DNA of 64,000 bases from Nitrospirota bacterium (GCA_005877815.1 VBOG01000028.1:4803-68802), one strand, 5' to 3'. Counted from the first letter of the stretch, positions 27,032 through 37,401 are shown. Translations and numbers: made by a program. Notes: generated from the sequence alone by a model not told the origin.

Positions 27032-27829
27032 TTAAGGAGCGGCGGCGCCTTTTTTAAGAGAGGGCGCAAGCAGCGCGCGGAATGCCTCGGAATCCTTCCT
27101 CTCCACGTCCGGCAACGCGTCGGCCTCGCGGTACACCCGTTCAGGGTCTGCGGCAATCGTCTCACACAGGCGGTGAACGGCGAGCACGGCGCTGGTCAAT
27201 CGGTTATTGACGGCGCGCTGCAGGATCGGCCGCAGGACCTGCACCAACATCGCCACATAGGGGTTCTCGAGCTTCGAGTAGATGATGATCCGCGTCTCCA
27301 CCAGCTCCCGCCCGTCAGGCGCCGCTTTCGGATGGTAGTTCAGCATGACGACGGCAGCGCCCGCAATCATCGGGAAAAGAGACGACCGCTGACTTCCCTT
27401 GATGTGATACACCCGCCTCTGTCCGTCCTGATATAGCACCGTGACCAGCCCTTCGCCTCCCTGTCCATCGTCTCCCTGGTAGGCGTCTGCGCCGACCTGG
27501 CTGATGCGTGTCGCCGCGAGTGAGAGCTGCCTGACCAATGTGGCCGTCAAGACCGGATGGTCGAGCAGAAAGTCATAGATGCTCTTCGGAATCGGCACGC
27601 TAGCCGGCGGATCGATGCGGTGCGTGGTATAGCCATTGACGACGGCCGCCATGCGGCAGACCGCTTCAGGCGCCATCTTGTCGACGGGAAACAGGACATC
27701 CGGCTGTTCGACCCGGATGGGGCAGGGAACGTCGGCAGCGGCCAGGTCGAACACGCAGACGACGACCGCCACGCCCAGCACATAGGCGATCCCCTTCGAT
27801 CCCGGCGGTGACGTCGTGGCGATCTTCAC
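27032..27829 (-). CDS. hypothetical exported or membrane-anchored protein (265 aa)
   Basis: GTG 27829 lies 11 nt after the yjbQ stop, and the hydrophobic N-terminus is GIAYVLGVAVVVCVF. The track start 28066 overlaps yjbQ. No family recognised. Confidence 0.5.
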   Translation of the reverse strand: MKIATTSPPGSKGIAYVLGVAVVVCVFDLAAADVPCPIRVEQPDVLFPVDKMAPEAVCRMAAVVNGYTTHRIDPPASVPIPKSIYDFLLDHPVLTATLVRQLSLAATRISQVGADAYQGDDGQGGEGLVTVLYQDGQRRVYHIKGSQRSSLFPMIAGAAVVMLNYHPKAAPDGRELVETRIIIYSKLENPYVAMLVQVLRPILQRAVNNRLTSAVLAVHRLCETIAADPERVYREADALPDVERKDSEAFRALLAPSLKKGAAAP

Positions 27830-27840
27830 TCGATGTCGAG

Positions 27841-28263
27841 CTAATCGCCGATCATCTGGATGATGAGCTCGCGCTTGCGGGCGCACGTATCGAAATCCAC
27901 GACCACGACCTGCTGCCAGGTGCCGAGCAGCAGCGCGCCATCCGCAAAAGGGATCGTGACAGAAGGGCCTTGGAGGTGTCCCCGAAGATGGCTGTGGCCG
28001 TTGGTCTCGCCGGCATTGCGCGTATTGTGCTGCCATTGAGGATCCGGCGGCACGAGCCGATCCCACATCACCTTCGTATCGGCGCGGATCCCCGGTTCAT
28101 CCTCGATGATCATCACACTGGCAGTGGTGTGCCGAATGAAAATGGTAACGATGCCCGCATGCAGGCGAGCGCCGCCGACCATCTCCTGGACACGCTTCGT
28201 GATATTTTCGATCTGCGTGTCGCCTTTCATATCGAGCTGCAACCGCGCGGTTTTGACGCTCAT
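27841..28263 (-). CDS. yjbQ: YjbQ/UPF0047 family protein (secondary thiamine-phosphate synthase family)
   Basis: 140 aa with the family-typical segments GIVTIFIRHTTASV, NGHSHLR and LLLGTWQ. Confidence 0.8.
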   Translation of the reverse strand: MSVKTARLQLDMKGDTQIENITKRVQEMVGGARLHAGIVTIFIRHTTASVMIIEDEPGIRADTKVMWDRLVPPDPQWQHNTRNAGETNGHSHLRGHLQGPSVTIPFADGALLLGTWQQVVVVDFDTCARKRELIIQMIGD

Positions 28264-28284
28264 GACGCCCTCATATGTGCCACA

Positions 28285-29154
28285 TCAACGTGCCGCATTC
28301 CGGAGATACCGGATCTCCGCCCTGGACAAGGACCGGCCTCGCGCTTGTTCGAGAAGACGATCGAACGCGCCTTCAGCCACCAATTCGCGGACGGCGCGCA
28401 CGACCTCGTCACTCAAAATGCCTTCCAGGCGTAATTTTTCCAGATAGCCGAATGCATCGGAGAACACCTCCTTGCTGCGGGTATAGTAGTCGCGCCCACG
28501 GGTCCGATTGCTATAGGCTTCGAACTGCTCGCAGGCGACCAACACCTCGGCCAATTCTTGCACCCACGCAGGCGAACCCTGTAGTTTCTCAGGATAGTAG
28601 TAATACAACATCACCCGCTCCATCCACGAGGCCCACCTCACGCCCATGCGAGCAAGTTTCGGTTTCACCGACCGAAGGACCCGCGAGAGACGACGGGCGT
28701 ACCCCAGACGCATTTCAACTTGTTCGTGTGTCCACCGATCGAACGGCACCCCGAGTGTGGCGAGTTCGGGACCGTGCCACGCCAAAAAGGCCTCGGTTTC
28801 TCGCCCGTATGTCGTCTGGGGATGCACGGCCCGCCATTCCCGCGGCCGGGTCGGTATGCCTTGCGTCCGGGCCCATGACCAGATCTTGCCGAAGAGCTTC
28901 TGATCGAGCCCCGCTCGTCCGAGATCGTGCAGCAGGCATGCGATCTGATAGGTCTTCACGCGCTCGTGCGGATGTCCGAGCCGCAGAGCCACCGCCGCGC
29001 ACATTTTTGCCGTGCGAACGGCATGCGGCCGATCGTAGCCGCGGATGATTCTGCCGGGTTTTCGAGGGTCCGGACAATCATATAAACGCATCAGCCCCGA
29101 CGCGAGCGCGCGCGGAACGATCAACGGAGCGCGATCGGATGTTCGCTTCATCAC
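28285..29154 (-). CDS. HD-domain protein (putative metal-dependent phosphohydrolase), long unknown C-terminal region
   Basis: H...HD signature (HAVRTAKMCAAVALRLGH...ACLLHDLGR). The remaining ~200 aa are not recognised. Confidence 0.6.
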   Translation of the reverse strand: MMKRTSDRAPLIVPRALASGLMRLYDCPDPRKPGRIIRGYDRPHAVRTAKMCAAVALRLGHPHERVKTYQIACLLHDLGRAGLDQKLFGKIWSWARTQGIPTRPREWRAVHPQTTYGRETEAFLAWHGPELATLGVPFDRWTHEQVEMRLGYARRLSRVLRSVKPKLARMGVRWASWMERVMLYYYYPEKLQGSPAWVQELAEVLVACEQFEAYSNRTRGRDYYTRSKEVFSDAFGYLEKLRLEGILSDEVVRAVRELVAEGAFDRLLEQARGRSLSRAEIRYLRNAAR

Positions 29155-29168
29155 GAGATTTTACACCA

Positions 29169-29816
29169 TCATTTATTGCGCACGTAATAGAGTTCCAAGG
29201 CGTCGCGGTAGCCCGCGACGCGCCCCTCTTCCCAGGCGTGCTCCAGCCGGCGCTTGAGACGTTCCACATCATGGTCACGCTTAGAATCGGCGGCATTCTG
29301 TCTGAGCAGGTTGAAGAGCGCAACGTGGATGATCTTGCTTCGACGAACTTCCATGTCTTCGCTGATCCAGGAGGCAAATGCGTCAGGGGCATGGTCCATC
29401 ACGATCTGGGGCTTCCAGGCGTCATACCCGAGTTTTTCCTTGATGATCTTTCGGACCGTCTCAATCTCTTCTCGTAGTTTCTTGATATCGTTCAGCAAGT
29501 ACCCGCGAATGTCGTCGTGCCCGGCCTCATAGAGCTTCTCGAGCATCTGGGCGACATAGATCTCCGGGTTGACAGGCTTCTCCTTGAACCCATACGTACC
29601 GTGTGACCCGAACCGCAGCCGGTCATATTCTTCCTTCGCCCCCGCATCGCCGACGACTCCATACGCTTCGCTGGCTTCCTTGAAACGGGCCTCCGCCTTC
29701 TTGTCCCCCGGGTGATGATCCGGGTGATTCTCCTTGGCGAGCTTCCGGAAGGCGGCCTTGATTGCCGCCGCCGTTGCGTCCTTCTCGACCTCGAGAACCT
29801 TGTAATAATCCTTCAT
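29169..29816 (-). CDS. J-domain (DnaJ-like) protein with unknown C-terminal domain
   Basis: [10 protein letters not shown]...[17 protein letters not shown] contains the HPD motif. It has no Gly/Phe or zinc-finger region. The track start 29987 lies inside the repeat and is rejected. Confidence 0.8.
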   Translation of the reverse strand: MKDYYKVLEVEKDATAAAIKAAFRKLAKENHPDHHPGDKKAEARFKEASEAYGVVGDAGAKEEYDRLRFGSHGTYGFKEKPVNPEIYVAQMLEKLYEAGHDDIRGYLLNDIKKLREEIETVRKIIKEKLGYDAWKPQIVMDHAPDAFASWISEDMEVRRSKIIHVALFNLLRQNAADSKRDHDVERLKRRLEHAWEEGRVAGYRDALELYYVRNK

Positions 29817-29854
29817 GGCGAGGGCGACTATAACATATCTCGATCGGAACGAGA

Positions 29855-29968
29855 GCGGGTGGCGCCGCATGGGACCGGGCGGAGCGGAAGAGCCTACAGC
29901 CGAGTGGACGGGGCTGCGACGGCGATTCGACCCGTCGCACGTCCGGGTCATGCGCCGACAGGACCCGC
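29855..29968 (-). repeat. hairpin repeat, copy 3 (truncated core, about 114 nt)
   Basis: GCGGGTGGCGCCGCATGGGACC...GACAGGACCCGC matches 61774-61887 on the same strand and the reverse complement of copy 1. It lacks the outermost ACCCGTTGC arms. Confidence 0.75.
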
Positions 29969-29975
29969 TCTGGCA

Positions 29976-30005
29976 TTGCGAAATCAACTCCTAAGCTTGT
30001 ACGAT
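29976..30005 (+). promoter_or_regulatory. sigma-70-type promoter candidate (TTGCGA-18-TACGAT) placed for a leaderless transcript
   Basis: The -10 element ends 6 nt before ATG 30012, and there is no SD in between. Confidence 0.3.
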
Positions 30006-30011
30006 GACCTC

Positions 30012-32063
30012 ATGAGTGAATATACGAATCGGCTGGTGCACGAAACCAGCCCCTACCTCCAACAGCACGCGCACAACCCGGTGGACTGGTATCCCTGGGG
30101 CGAGGAAGCGCTGTCACGGGCAAAGGCGGCAAACAAACCAATCCTGTTGTCCATCGGTTACTCCGCGTGCCATTGGTGCCATGTCATGGAGCGGGAATCG
30201 TTCGAGAATACGGACATCGCCAAGGTCATGAACGACCACTTCATCAACATCAAAGTGGATCGTGAAGAGCGCCCGGATCTTGACGACATCTATCAAAAAT
30301 CGGCGCAGGCGTTCATGCGCCGCGGCGGTGGATGGCCGCTGACGGTGTTTTTGACGCCGGCGCAGGAGCCGTTCTGGGGAGGCACCTACTTTCCCCCTGT
30401 GCCGCGTCATGGCTTGCCTGGCTTTACGGAGGTGTTGCTTGGAGTGGCCGACGCCTATCACAAGGAACAGGGGCAAGTGCAGGAGAACATCCAGCGGGTG
30501 AAAGCGGGACTGCGGCAGATCAGCTCCCCACGGCCTTCCGACGTCCCGCTGGCGATGGACCTTCTAGACGATGCGGTCCGGGACCTCAGCTCATTTTACG
30601 AGCCGGTCAACGGCGGGTTCGGAGATGCGCCGAAGTTCCCCACTTGTCCGCCGTTCCAGGTCCTGCTGCGCCAGTACCATCGCACCAAGGACCAGAAGAC
30701 CCTCGACATGGTCCTTCACTCGTTGTGGAAGATGGCGTCGGGCGGCATGTACGACCATATCGGCGGAGGTTTTCACCGGTACTCCACCGACAGCCAGTGG
30801 CTGGTCCCCCACTTTGAAAAGATGCTGTACGACAACGCGCAGCTCGTGCGCTTATATCTCGATGGCTGGCGGCTTTCTCGCGAGCTACGATTCAAACACG
30901 TCGTTGAGGAAACGGTGGAATACGTGCGACGCGAGATGATCCATCCCGATGGCGGCATCTATACCGCGCAGGACGCCGACAGCGAAGGGCACGAAGGCAA
31001 GCACTTCGTCTGGGACCCGTGGGAGGTCAAGGCAATTCTCGGCCAGAAAATTGGCGACGTCTTCTGCCGGGTCTACGACATCACCGAGCAGGGAAATTTC
31101 GAAGGCAAGAACATCCCCAATCTGATCCGCAGTAACGGGCGCATCGAAGCCGATGACCTTCCGGATGCCGGGCAGGCGATGGCTGCGGCGAGGCGCAAGC
31201 TGCTGGAAACACGGGAACGCCGGATCAAGCCGCTGCGGGATGACAAGATTCTGACAGGCTGGAACGGCCTGATGGTCTCCGGGCTCCTGGACGCATACCA
31301 GACATTCGGCGAGGCGGATTACCTGGCGATCGCCGAAAAAGCACTGGCCTTCCTGCTTGGGCGTGCGTATCGAAACGGGCGATTGTTCCGGACGGTGACG
31401 GAAGGACGAGGCCGCCTGAACGGCTACCTTGACGATTACGCATTTTTGTCGGCGGCCCTCCTCGACGCCTTCGAAACCACCTCGCGCCCGGCCTATCTTG
31501 AACGAGCCCGCGAGCTGACGGCCGTCATGCTGGAGCAGTTTTGGGATCCGCAGGACGGCGGTTGCTTCTTCACGGGAAAAGACCATGAGCCCCTGTTGCA
31601 GCGCATGAAGACGTGTGAAGATTCCGCAATTCCAAACGGCAATGCGGTGGCCGCCATGAATTTTCTCCGGCTCTTCTCATACACGGGCGAACAAATTTAC
31701 GCGGACCGCGCGGAGCAGACGTTTCGCCTGTTCAGAACGCAGATGGACCAAAATCCATTCGGAACCTCGTCATTACTATGCGCCCTCGATTTCTATCTCT
31801 CAAAGCCGAAGGAACTGGTCCTGGTCGGCTCGCGCCAAAAGCCGGACATGAAAGAACTGCTGGCGAAGATCCACGGACGCTACCTGCCGAACAAGACCCT
31901 CATCGTTGCGCAGGAGGACAACGACGCCGCGTTGATTCCCGTGGCGCGCGGCAAAATCGCGCTCGGGGGCAAAGCCACAGCCTATGTCTGCCACAACTTC
32001 ACCTGCTCGCAGCCAGTCACGAAGTGGTCTGATCTGGAAACATTGCTTGAGGCAATCACCTAA
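30012..32063 (+). CDS. thioredoxin-domain protein of the DUF255/YyaL type (N-terminal Trx-like domain plus alpha/alpha-toroid domain)
   Basis: [29 protein letters not shown]...[14 protein letters not shown] is the characteristic N-terminus. 683 aa. Confidence 0.85.
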   Translation: MSEYTNRLVHETSPYLQQHAHNPVDWYPWGEEALSRAKAANKPILLSIGYSACHWCHVMERESFENTDIAKVMNDHFINIKVDREERPDLDDIYQKSAQAFMRRGGGWPLTVFLTPAQEPFWGGTYFPPVPRHGLPGFTEVLLGVADAYHKEQGQVQENIQRVKAGLRQISSPRPSDVPLAMDLLDDAVRDLSSFYEPVNGGFGDAPKFPTCPPFQVLLRQYHRTKDQKTLDMVLHSLWKMASGGMYDHIGGGFHRYSTDSQWLVPHFEKMLYDNAQLVRLYLDGWRLSRELRFKHVVEETVEYVRREMIHPDGGIYTAQDADSEGHEGKHFVWDPWEVKAILGQKIGDVFCRVYDITEQGNFEGKNIPNLIRSNGRIEADDLPDAGQAMAAARRKLLETRERRIKPLRDDKILTGWNGLMVSGLLDAYQTFGEADYLAIAEKALAFLLGRAYRNGRLFRTVTEGRGRLNGYLDDYAFLSAALLDAFETTSRPAYLERARELTAVMLEQFWDPQDGGCFFTGKDHEPLLQRMKTCEDSAIPNGNAVAAMNFLRLFSYTGEQIYADRAEQTFRLFRTQMDQNPFGTSSLLCALDFYLSKPKELVLVGSRQKPDMKELLAKIHGRYLPNKTLIVAQEDNDAALIPVARGKIALGGKATAYVCHNFTCSQPVTKWSDLETLLEAIT

Positions 32064-32155
32064 GGCTTTCATTGACTCCGTCTGCCCTCTAGTATATCTT
32101 TCACGACGATGAACGCTTTATCACACATCTCTGATCCACGGGCGCTCAACCGAGG

Positions 32156-33991
32156 TTGGAGCTCAGTCCTGCCATCGTGAACTTCGCCGTCCCGACGCTC
32201 TTCGCGCTGGGGCTGTTCGGCTCGCTTCTGTATCTCATCCGCCGCGATCTCAAAAAGCGTGACGCGGCGGACGGCGCGCTTCGAAAAAGCGCGCAGCGGT
32301 TTCTCGTCCAACAGTCGGCGCTGATCGGCCTCACGCGAAGCAATACGGTCCAGGCCTCGGATCCGGCCACCATCTTACGCCAGATCACCGAAACGGCTGC
32401 GAGTACACTGAGGGTGGAGCGCGTCAGCATCTGGCGGTATTCCGAAAGCCGCCAGAAAATCTTTTGCGTGGACCTGTACGAACTGAATGCGAATCGCCAT
32501 TCTGCCGGCATGGAGCTACACGCCGCGAACTATCCCTCCTATTTTCAGGCGCTGTCTACGAGCGAGATCATCGCCGCCGCCGACGCTCGTCATGATCCGC
32601 GGACACGCGAATTCTCCAAGGATTATCTCCAGCCTCTTGGCATCACCTCCATGATGGATGTGCCGACGTTTCTGTTCGGAAAGCTCGACGGCGTACTCTG
32701 CCATGAACACGTGGGCCCGCTGCGGACATGGCTCGATGACGAGCGGATGTTCGCCATCGCTCTGTCGAACCTGATTTCACTGGCCTATGAGCAAGGGGAA
32801 CGAAAACGCGGCGAGGAAGCGCTGCGACGGAGTGAGCAGCAGTTGCGCCAGGCTCAAAAAATGGAAGTCGTGGGAAAGCTTGCGGGCGGCATCGCGCATG
32901 ACTTCAACAATCTGCTGACCGTCATCACGGGATATTCGGAGATCTTGCTGTCGAATATGAGCGAAGCCGATCCGATTCGCCGGGAACTGAATGCCATCAA
33001 GCAGGCCGGTGAAAAGGCCGGCGCACTGACCCGACAGCTTCTGGCGTTCAGCCGGCGTCAGATGCTGCAGCCGAAAGTGATCGACCTGAATGCCGTCGTG
33101 GACAATCTGGGACAAATGCTCAGACGTCTCGTCGGAGAGGATATCGATCTCGTCGCCGTCCTTGATAAGAAGCTGTGGCGGTTGAAGGCCGATCCCGGAC
33201 AGATCGAGCAGGTCTTGATGAACCTCGTCGTCAATGCCCGCGACGCCATGCCGAAAGGGGGCAAGCTCACCATCGAGACGGCGAATGTGGAACTGGACGA
33301 AAACTACGCGCGCCAGCATGTCACGGTCAAGAGCGGGCAGTACGTCATGCTGGCCGTCAGCGACACGGGCTGCGGCATGGACGCCGAGACGCAAAGCCAT
33401 CTTTTCGAACCGTTCTTCACCACCAAGGAACACGGCAAAGGCACCGGCCTTGGACTGTCCACTGTATACGGCATCATCAAACAGAGCGGCGGGACTGTCT
33501 GGGTGTACAGTGAACCCGGCCAGGGGGCGACGTTCAAGATCTACCTGCCACGCTTGGAAGAAGACGGCGAGATGATTGAATCCAGCGCCATCCTGACTCC
33601 GAAGCGTCGTGGATCCGAGACGGTCTTGCTGGTGGAGGATGAGGAGATCGTCCGCACCCTGGTCCGCACGATTCTCACGGACAATAGCTACATCGTGCTA
33701 GAGGCCCAGAACGGGCGGGAAGCGATACGGATTTGCGAGGAGTTTACGGGTCAGATTCACATTCTGATGACCGACATCGTCATGCCGGAGATGAGCGGGA
33801 GGGAACTCGCCGAACGGCTCGCGATTTCCCGACCTCATGTAAAGGTCCTGTATACGTCGGGATATACCGATGACGCCGTCGTGCGTCATGGCGTGCTCGC
33901 CGCCGACACCGCCTTCCTTCAAAAGCCGTTCACGCCGGACGTCCTGCTGAACAAGATGCGTGAAGTGCTGGAAGCCCCCCAGAGACTGTAG
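32156..33991 (+). CDS. hybrid sensor histidine kinase/response regulator (TM-GAF-HisKA-HATPase-REC)
   Basis: H-box GGIAHDFNNLLTVI, N-box NLVVNARDAM, DTGCGM, GTGLGLS, and a C-terminal receiver VLLVEDEE...LMTDIVMPEMSG. The exact start (TTG 32156 or GTG 32177) is uncertain. Confidence 0.85.
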   Translation: MELSPAIVNFAVPTLFALGLFGSLLYLIRRDLKKRDAADGALRKSAQRFLVQQSALIGLTRSNTVQASDPATILRQITETAASTLRVERVSIWRYSESRQKIFCVDLYELNANRHSAGMELHAANYPSYFQALSTSEIIAAADARHDPRTREFSKDYLQPLGITSMMDVPTFLFGKLDGVLCHEHVGPLRTWLDDERMFAIALSNLISLAYEQGERKRGEEALRRSEQQLRQAQKMEVVGKLAGGIAHDFNNLLTVITGYSEILLSNMSEADPIRRELNAIKQAGEKAGALTRQLLAFSRRQMLQPKVIDLNAVVDNLGQMLRRLVGEDIDLVAVLDKKLWRLKADPGQIEQVLMNLVVNARDAMPKGGKLTIETANVELDENYARQHVTVKSGQYVMLAVSDTGCGMDAETQSHLFEPFFTTKEHGKGTGLGLSTVYGIIKQSGGTVWVYSEPGQGATFKIYLPRLEEDGEMIESSAILTPKRRGSETVLLVEDEEIVRTLVRTILTDNSYIVLEAQNGREAIRICEEFTGQIHILMTDIVMPEMSGRELAERLAISRPHVKVLYTSGYTDDAVVRHGVLAADTAFLQKPFTPDVLLNKMREVLEAPQRL

Positions 33992-34004
33992 TTCCGAAAA
34001 CGCG

Positions 34005-34664
34005 CTAGGCCGACCCATTGCCGCCGTGCCGGGCGAGCAGCGTCATGATGGTCGGCGAATGGCTCGTTTGCGGCGCTTCGTCCTGAATACGCTGGTAGAT
34101 GATCCTCAGGCGATGCGCGTCATTCTTCAGACGGCTCGAGCGATTGACGATCTTCGGAATCGTCTTTTTCTTTGTCGCCGTCTTTCCCGCATCCTGCGCG
34201 ATTTCGAGAAAGCGCACCACTTCTTCCCACGCGATATACCCCGTCTTGCGGCTGTCGGTCCGCTCCGAGTGCTTGAAGAACGGAGCGACATTCCAGACAA
34301 TCTGCTGCAAAGGGCTCAGCCGGCCACGCGAGCGGGAGAGACTCAGCACCTGTTTCGACCGCGAGGAGAGACGCTCGGCCACAAAGTTTTGCAGGACGCG
34401 GCAGGTGTTCCGGGAAAGCAAAAACTGCTGGCACATTAATTTTAACCGCTTGAGCCGTCTCTGGTTGATCTCATACGCCGCATCGGCGATAGAGGACTTG
34501 GTGGTCGGCGGTATTAGGGTCGCCTGTGGAGGGCTCCCCGCGGCCAGTTCCCGTAACTGGGCCATCCGTTTTTCTGCGGGCAACCGGTCCATGGCTCTGA
34601 GAATCTTCTCAAGTTCCATGAACACATTTTCCCGGCGCGTCTCTTCAGTTTGTTTGGCCAGCAT
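34005..34664 (-). CDS. hypothetical 219-aa protein, last gene of the arg/lys/dap string
   Basis: ATG 34664 lies 41 nt after the dapB stop. The track start 34766 overlaps dapB. No family recognised. Confidence 0.45.
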   Translation of the reverse strand: MLAKQTEETRRENVFMELEKILRAMDRLPAEKRMAQLRELAAGSPPQATLIPPTTKSSIADAAYEINQRRLKRLKLMCQQFLLSRNTCRVLQNFVAERLSSRSKQVLSLSRSRGRLSPLQQIVWNVAPFFKHSERTDSRKTGYIAWEEVVRFLEIAQDAGKTATKKKTIPKIVNRSSRLKNDAHRLRIIYQRIQDEAPQTSHSPTIMTLLARHGGNGSA

Positions 34665-34705
34665 CGCATGCTCCTTAAAAGAGGAATGTATCCCCCCATG
34701 AATAA

Positions 34706-35548
34706 TTATTTCAGCCCTAGCACATCTTGCATGTCGTACAGCCCTGGAGACTGCTTCACCACCCACGCGGCGGCGCGCAGCGCGCCGCGCGCGAAGGTAT
34801 CGCGGCTGGTCGCGCGGTGCGTGACTTCAATGCGTTCTCCCATCCCGCCGAACAGAACCGTATGGTCGCCGACAATGTCGCCGGCGCGAATGACCTGCAT
34901 CCCGATTTCTCCCTGTTTCCGCTCGCCGACGATCCCCTTGCGCCCGTAGGTCGCCACCGAGTCGAAGTCCTTTCCGGTGGCTTCCGCCAGCACCTTGGCG
35001 AGCTTCAGCGCCGTGCCGCTCGGCGCGTCTTTCTTCAGCCGGTGATGGGCCTCGGTGACTTCGATATCGTAATCATCTTTGAAGGTCCGGGCCATCTCCG
35101 CGACAACTTTGAGGAGCACATTGACGCCGACACTCATGTTCGGAGAAAAGACGCACGGAACGCTCCGGGCGATGGTGACCAGTTCGGCAAGTTGCGGCGT
35201 GGAGAGGCCGGTGGTGCCGATGACCATTGCCTTGCGATGCAGGGCCATGGCGTGCAGGTTCGCCAGCACCGCCTCCGGAGCGGTGAAATCTATGAGCACA
35301 TCGGCCGCACCCGCGATGGCGGTCACATCATCGCTCAGCGAGATTCCGAGCCTCGCGCAGCCTGCCAGTTCTCCGACGTCCTGCCCAATAGCGTCATGCC
35401 CCTTCCTCTCGACGGCGCCTGTCAGCTGAAACGTTTTCGATTCATCGATGAGGCTGATCAGACGCGCGCCCATGCGGCCGGCAGCTCCGGCCACAATGAC
35501 CTTGATCGCTTTAGACTCTTTATTTTGATGCCGTGCCACCAACGCCAT
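34706..35548 (-). CDS. dapB: 4-hydroxy-tetrahydrodipicolinate reductase
   Basis: N-terminal IKVIVAGAAGRMG, then EAHHRLKKDAPSGTA. Confidence 0.9.
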   Translation of the reverse strand: MALVARHQNKESKAIKVIVAGAAGRMGARLISLIDESKTFQLTGAVERKGHDAIGQDVGELAGCARLGISLSDDVTAIAGAADVLIDFTAPEAVLANLHAMALHRKAMVIGTTGLSTPQLAELVTIARSVPCVFSPNMSVGVNVLLKVVAEMARTFKDDYDIEVTEAHHRLKKDAPSGTALKLAKVLAEATGKDFDSVATYGRKGIVGERKQGEIGMQVIRAGDIVGDHTVLFGGMGERIEVTHRATSRDTFARGALRAAAWVVKQSPGLYDMQDVLGLK

Positions 35549-35631
35549 CCACCTCTTCGCATCAATACCAACGCCCTGCACAACTCTCCTGCTTTGTCGC
35601 TGTTACAGATCGAAGTGAGAGGCGAGGTCGC

Positions 35632-36507
35632 CTAAATCAGCTTCAAATCCTTCATGGTCTGGGTGAGCTTGTCCAGATTCTCATTCGACATCGCACACAG
35701 CGGCAACCGAAGCTCCGGCGCGCACTTTCCCATTAAGGCCACGGCGTGCTTCACCGGAATGGGATTGGTCTCCAAAAACAGCGCGTTGAAGAGCGGGTAC
35801 AGTTTGTAATGCAACGCCCGCGCCTTGGCCGTGTTGTCCGCCTCCCAGGCATGCACCATGGCCGACATGTCGGCCGGCGCCACGTTTGCGGTGACCGTGA
35901 TGACCCCCTTCGCGCCGACCGCCAGCATCGGCAGGGTGAGCGCGTCGTCTCCCGACAAGACGGTAAAGTCCTCATCGCATAAGCGGACGATGTCGCACAC
36001 CTGCTGGAGAGACCCGGCGCCCTCCTTGATGCCGACGATGTTCCGGATCTTCGCGAGTCGCGCCACCGTCTGAGGCATGACATTCACGGACGTGCGGCCG
36101 GGAATGTTATACAGGATCTGTGGAAGATCGACCGCCTCGGCAATCGCCTTGTGGTGCTGATAGAGGCCCTCCTGGGTCGGTTTGTTGTAATACGGAGAAA
36201 TCAGCAGCGCCGCGTCGGCGCCCGCTTTTTGTGCATGCCGCGTCAGGGCAATCGCTTCTTCCGTGGAATTCGAGCCGGTGCCGGCGATGACCGGGATGCG
36301 CCGTTTGACGGTTTGTACCGTGAACTCGATGACCCGACTATGCTCCTCATAGGTCAGCGTGGCCGACTCGCCGCTGGTGCCGCACGGGACGATCCCATCC
36401 GTCCCATTCGCAATCTGCCACTCAATCAGGTCGCGGAGCGCAGGCTCGTCTACTTTACCGTTCCGAAACGGCGTGATGACCGCGACAATGGACCCTCTGA
36501 ATCTCAT
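35632..36507 (-). CDS. dapA: 4-hydroxy-tetrahydrodipicolinate synthase
   Basis: 291 aa with GTTGES-like GTSGESATL and YNIPGRT, typical of DapA. Confidence 0.95.
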   Translation of the reverse strand: MRFRGSIVAVITPFRNGKVDEPALRDLIEWQIANGTDGIVPCGTSGESATLTYEEHSRVIEFTVQTVKRRIPVIAGTGSNSTEEAIALTRHAQKAGADAALLISPYYNKPTQEGLYQHHKAIAEAVDLPQILYNIPGRTSVNVMPQTVARLAKIRNIVGIKEGAGSLQQVCDIVRLCDEDFTVLSGDDALTLPMLAVGAKGVITVTANVAPADMSAMVHAWEADNTAKARALHYKLYPLFNALFLETNPIPVKHAVALMGKCAPELRLPLCAMSNENLDKLTQTMKDLKLI

Positions 36508-37397
36508 CGTAACGAATACTCCCAGGCTTCCGGCCTCATCAGCCCCTCATAGACTGCGCGGGCTTCTCCGGTCAACGTCAGGTTTGTGAAACTGTCCTTC
36601 TTTCGCTCAAAGGTCACCGTGAGCGGCATGCGGCTCAGCGGAATGACCGTCACCGGCGATTCGACCTTGTGGACCAATGCGGCAAGGAGCGCAGCGGCCA
36701 GCGATCCGCTCCCGCAGGCCAAGGTTTCATCCTCGACGCCCCGTTCATAGGTCCGCACTTCAATGGTGTTGCGATCAATGACCTGCGCAAAGTTCACGTT
36801 GGTACCGGCCGGCTTGAACAATTCGTGGTAGCGCGTGGGGCGGCCGATGCCGATGACTTCTGCCGTCCCCGTATTCGGCACGAAATACACGAGATGCGGT
36901 ACCCCCGTATGAATGACGTGTCCCTCCAAGACCATGCCATGCTCGCCGACCGTGGGTGCCGCCCCGGGAACATCCGTTTTTCGCCTCATCGTACTGGCGA
37001 TCGGAACCCGCAGATGCAGCCCGATCGCAGTGGGGTCCGGCACCCGGACCGTGACCTGTTCCTGGTTGACTTCGGCCTCCATCACCCCGGACGATCCCTC
37101 GAAGCGCATGGACTTCGGCGCAATGCGCTTCAGCAGCGCAAAGCGCGCGGCGCACCGCGCTCCGTTGCCGCAAAAGCTCGCCTCGCCGCCGTCGTTGTTG
37201 TAGAAGCGCCAGCGGAAATCATACTTTCGCGACTTTTCGATGAAGATGATGCCGTCGGCGCCGACCGAAAGATGGCGGCGGCAGACGGCGCTGACGAACG
37301 TCATCATCCTTTTCGAGTCCACCACACGCTCGCGGTTGTCTACGACGATGAAGTCGTTGCCGGCCCCGGAGAATTTCATGAAGGCGATCTTTTTCAT
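36504..37397 (-). CDS. dapF: diaminopimelate epimerase
   Basis: N-terminal FMKFSGAGNDFIVVD, with both catalytic-Cys regions SFCGNGARC and LACGSGS. Confidence 0.9.
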   Translation of the reverse strand: MKKIAFMKFSGAGNDFIVVDNRERVVDSKRMMTFVSAVCRRHLSVGADGIIFIEKSRKYDFRWRFYNNDGGEASFCGNGARCAARFALLKRIAPKSMRFEGSSGVMEAEVNQEQVTVRVPDPTAIGLHLRVPIASTMRRKTDVPGAAPTVGEHGMVLEGHVIHTGVPHLVYFVPNTGTAEVIGIGRPTRYHELFKPAGTNVNFAQVIDRNTIEVRTYERGVEDETLACGSGSLAAALLAALVHKVESPVTVIPLSRMPLTVTFERKKDSFTNLTLTGEARAVYEGLMRPEAWEYSLR

Positions 37398-37401
37398 CGT
37401 C

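Noticed and set aside
29969-29990. TGGCAT at 29971-29976 as a third sigma-54 promoter
   Set aside because: The position 12 nt downstream of the GG carries TC and not the required GC of the -12 element (TGGCATTGCGAAATCA), so it does not fit the -24/-12 geometry.
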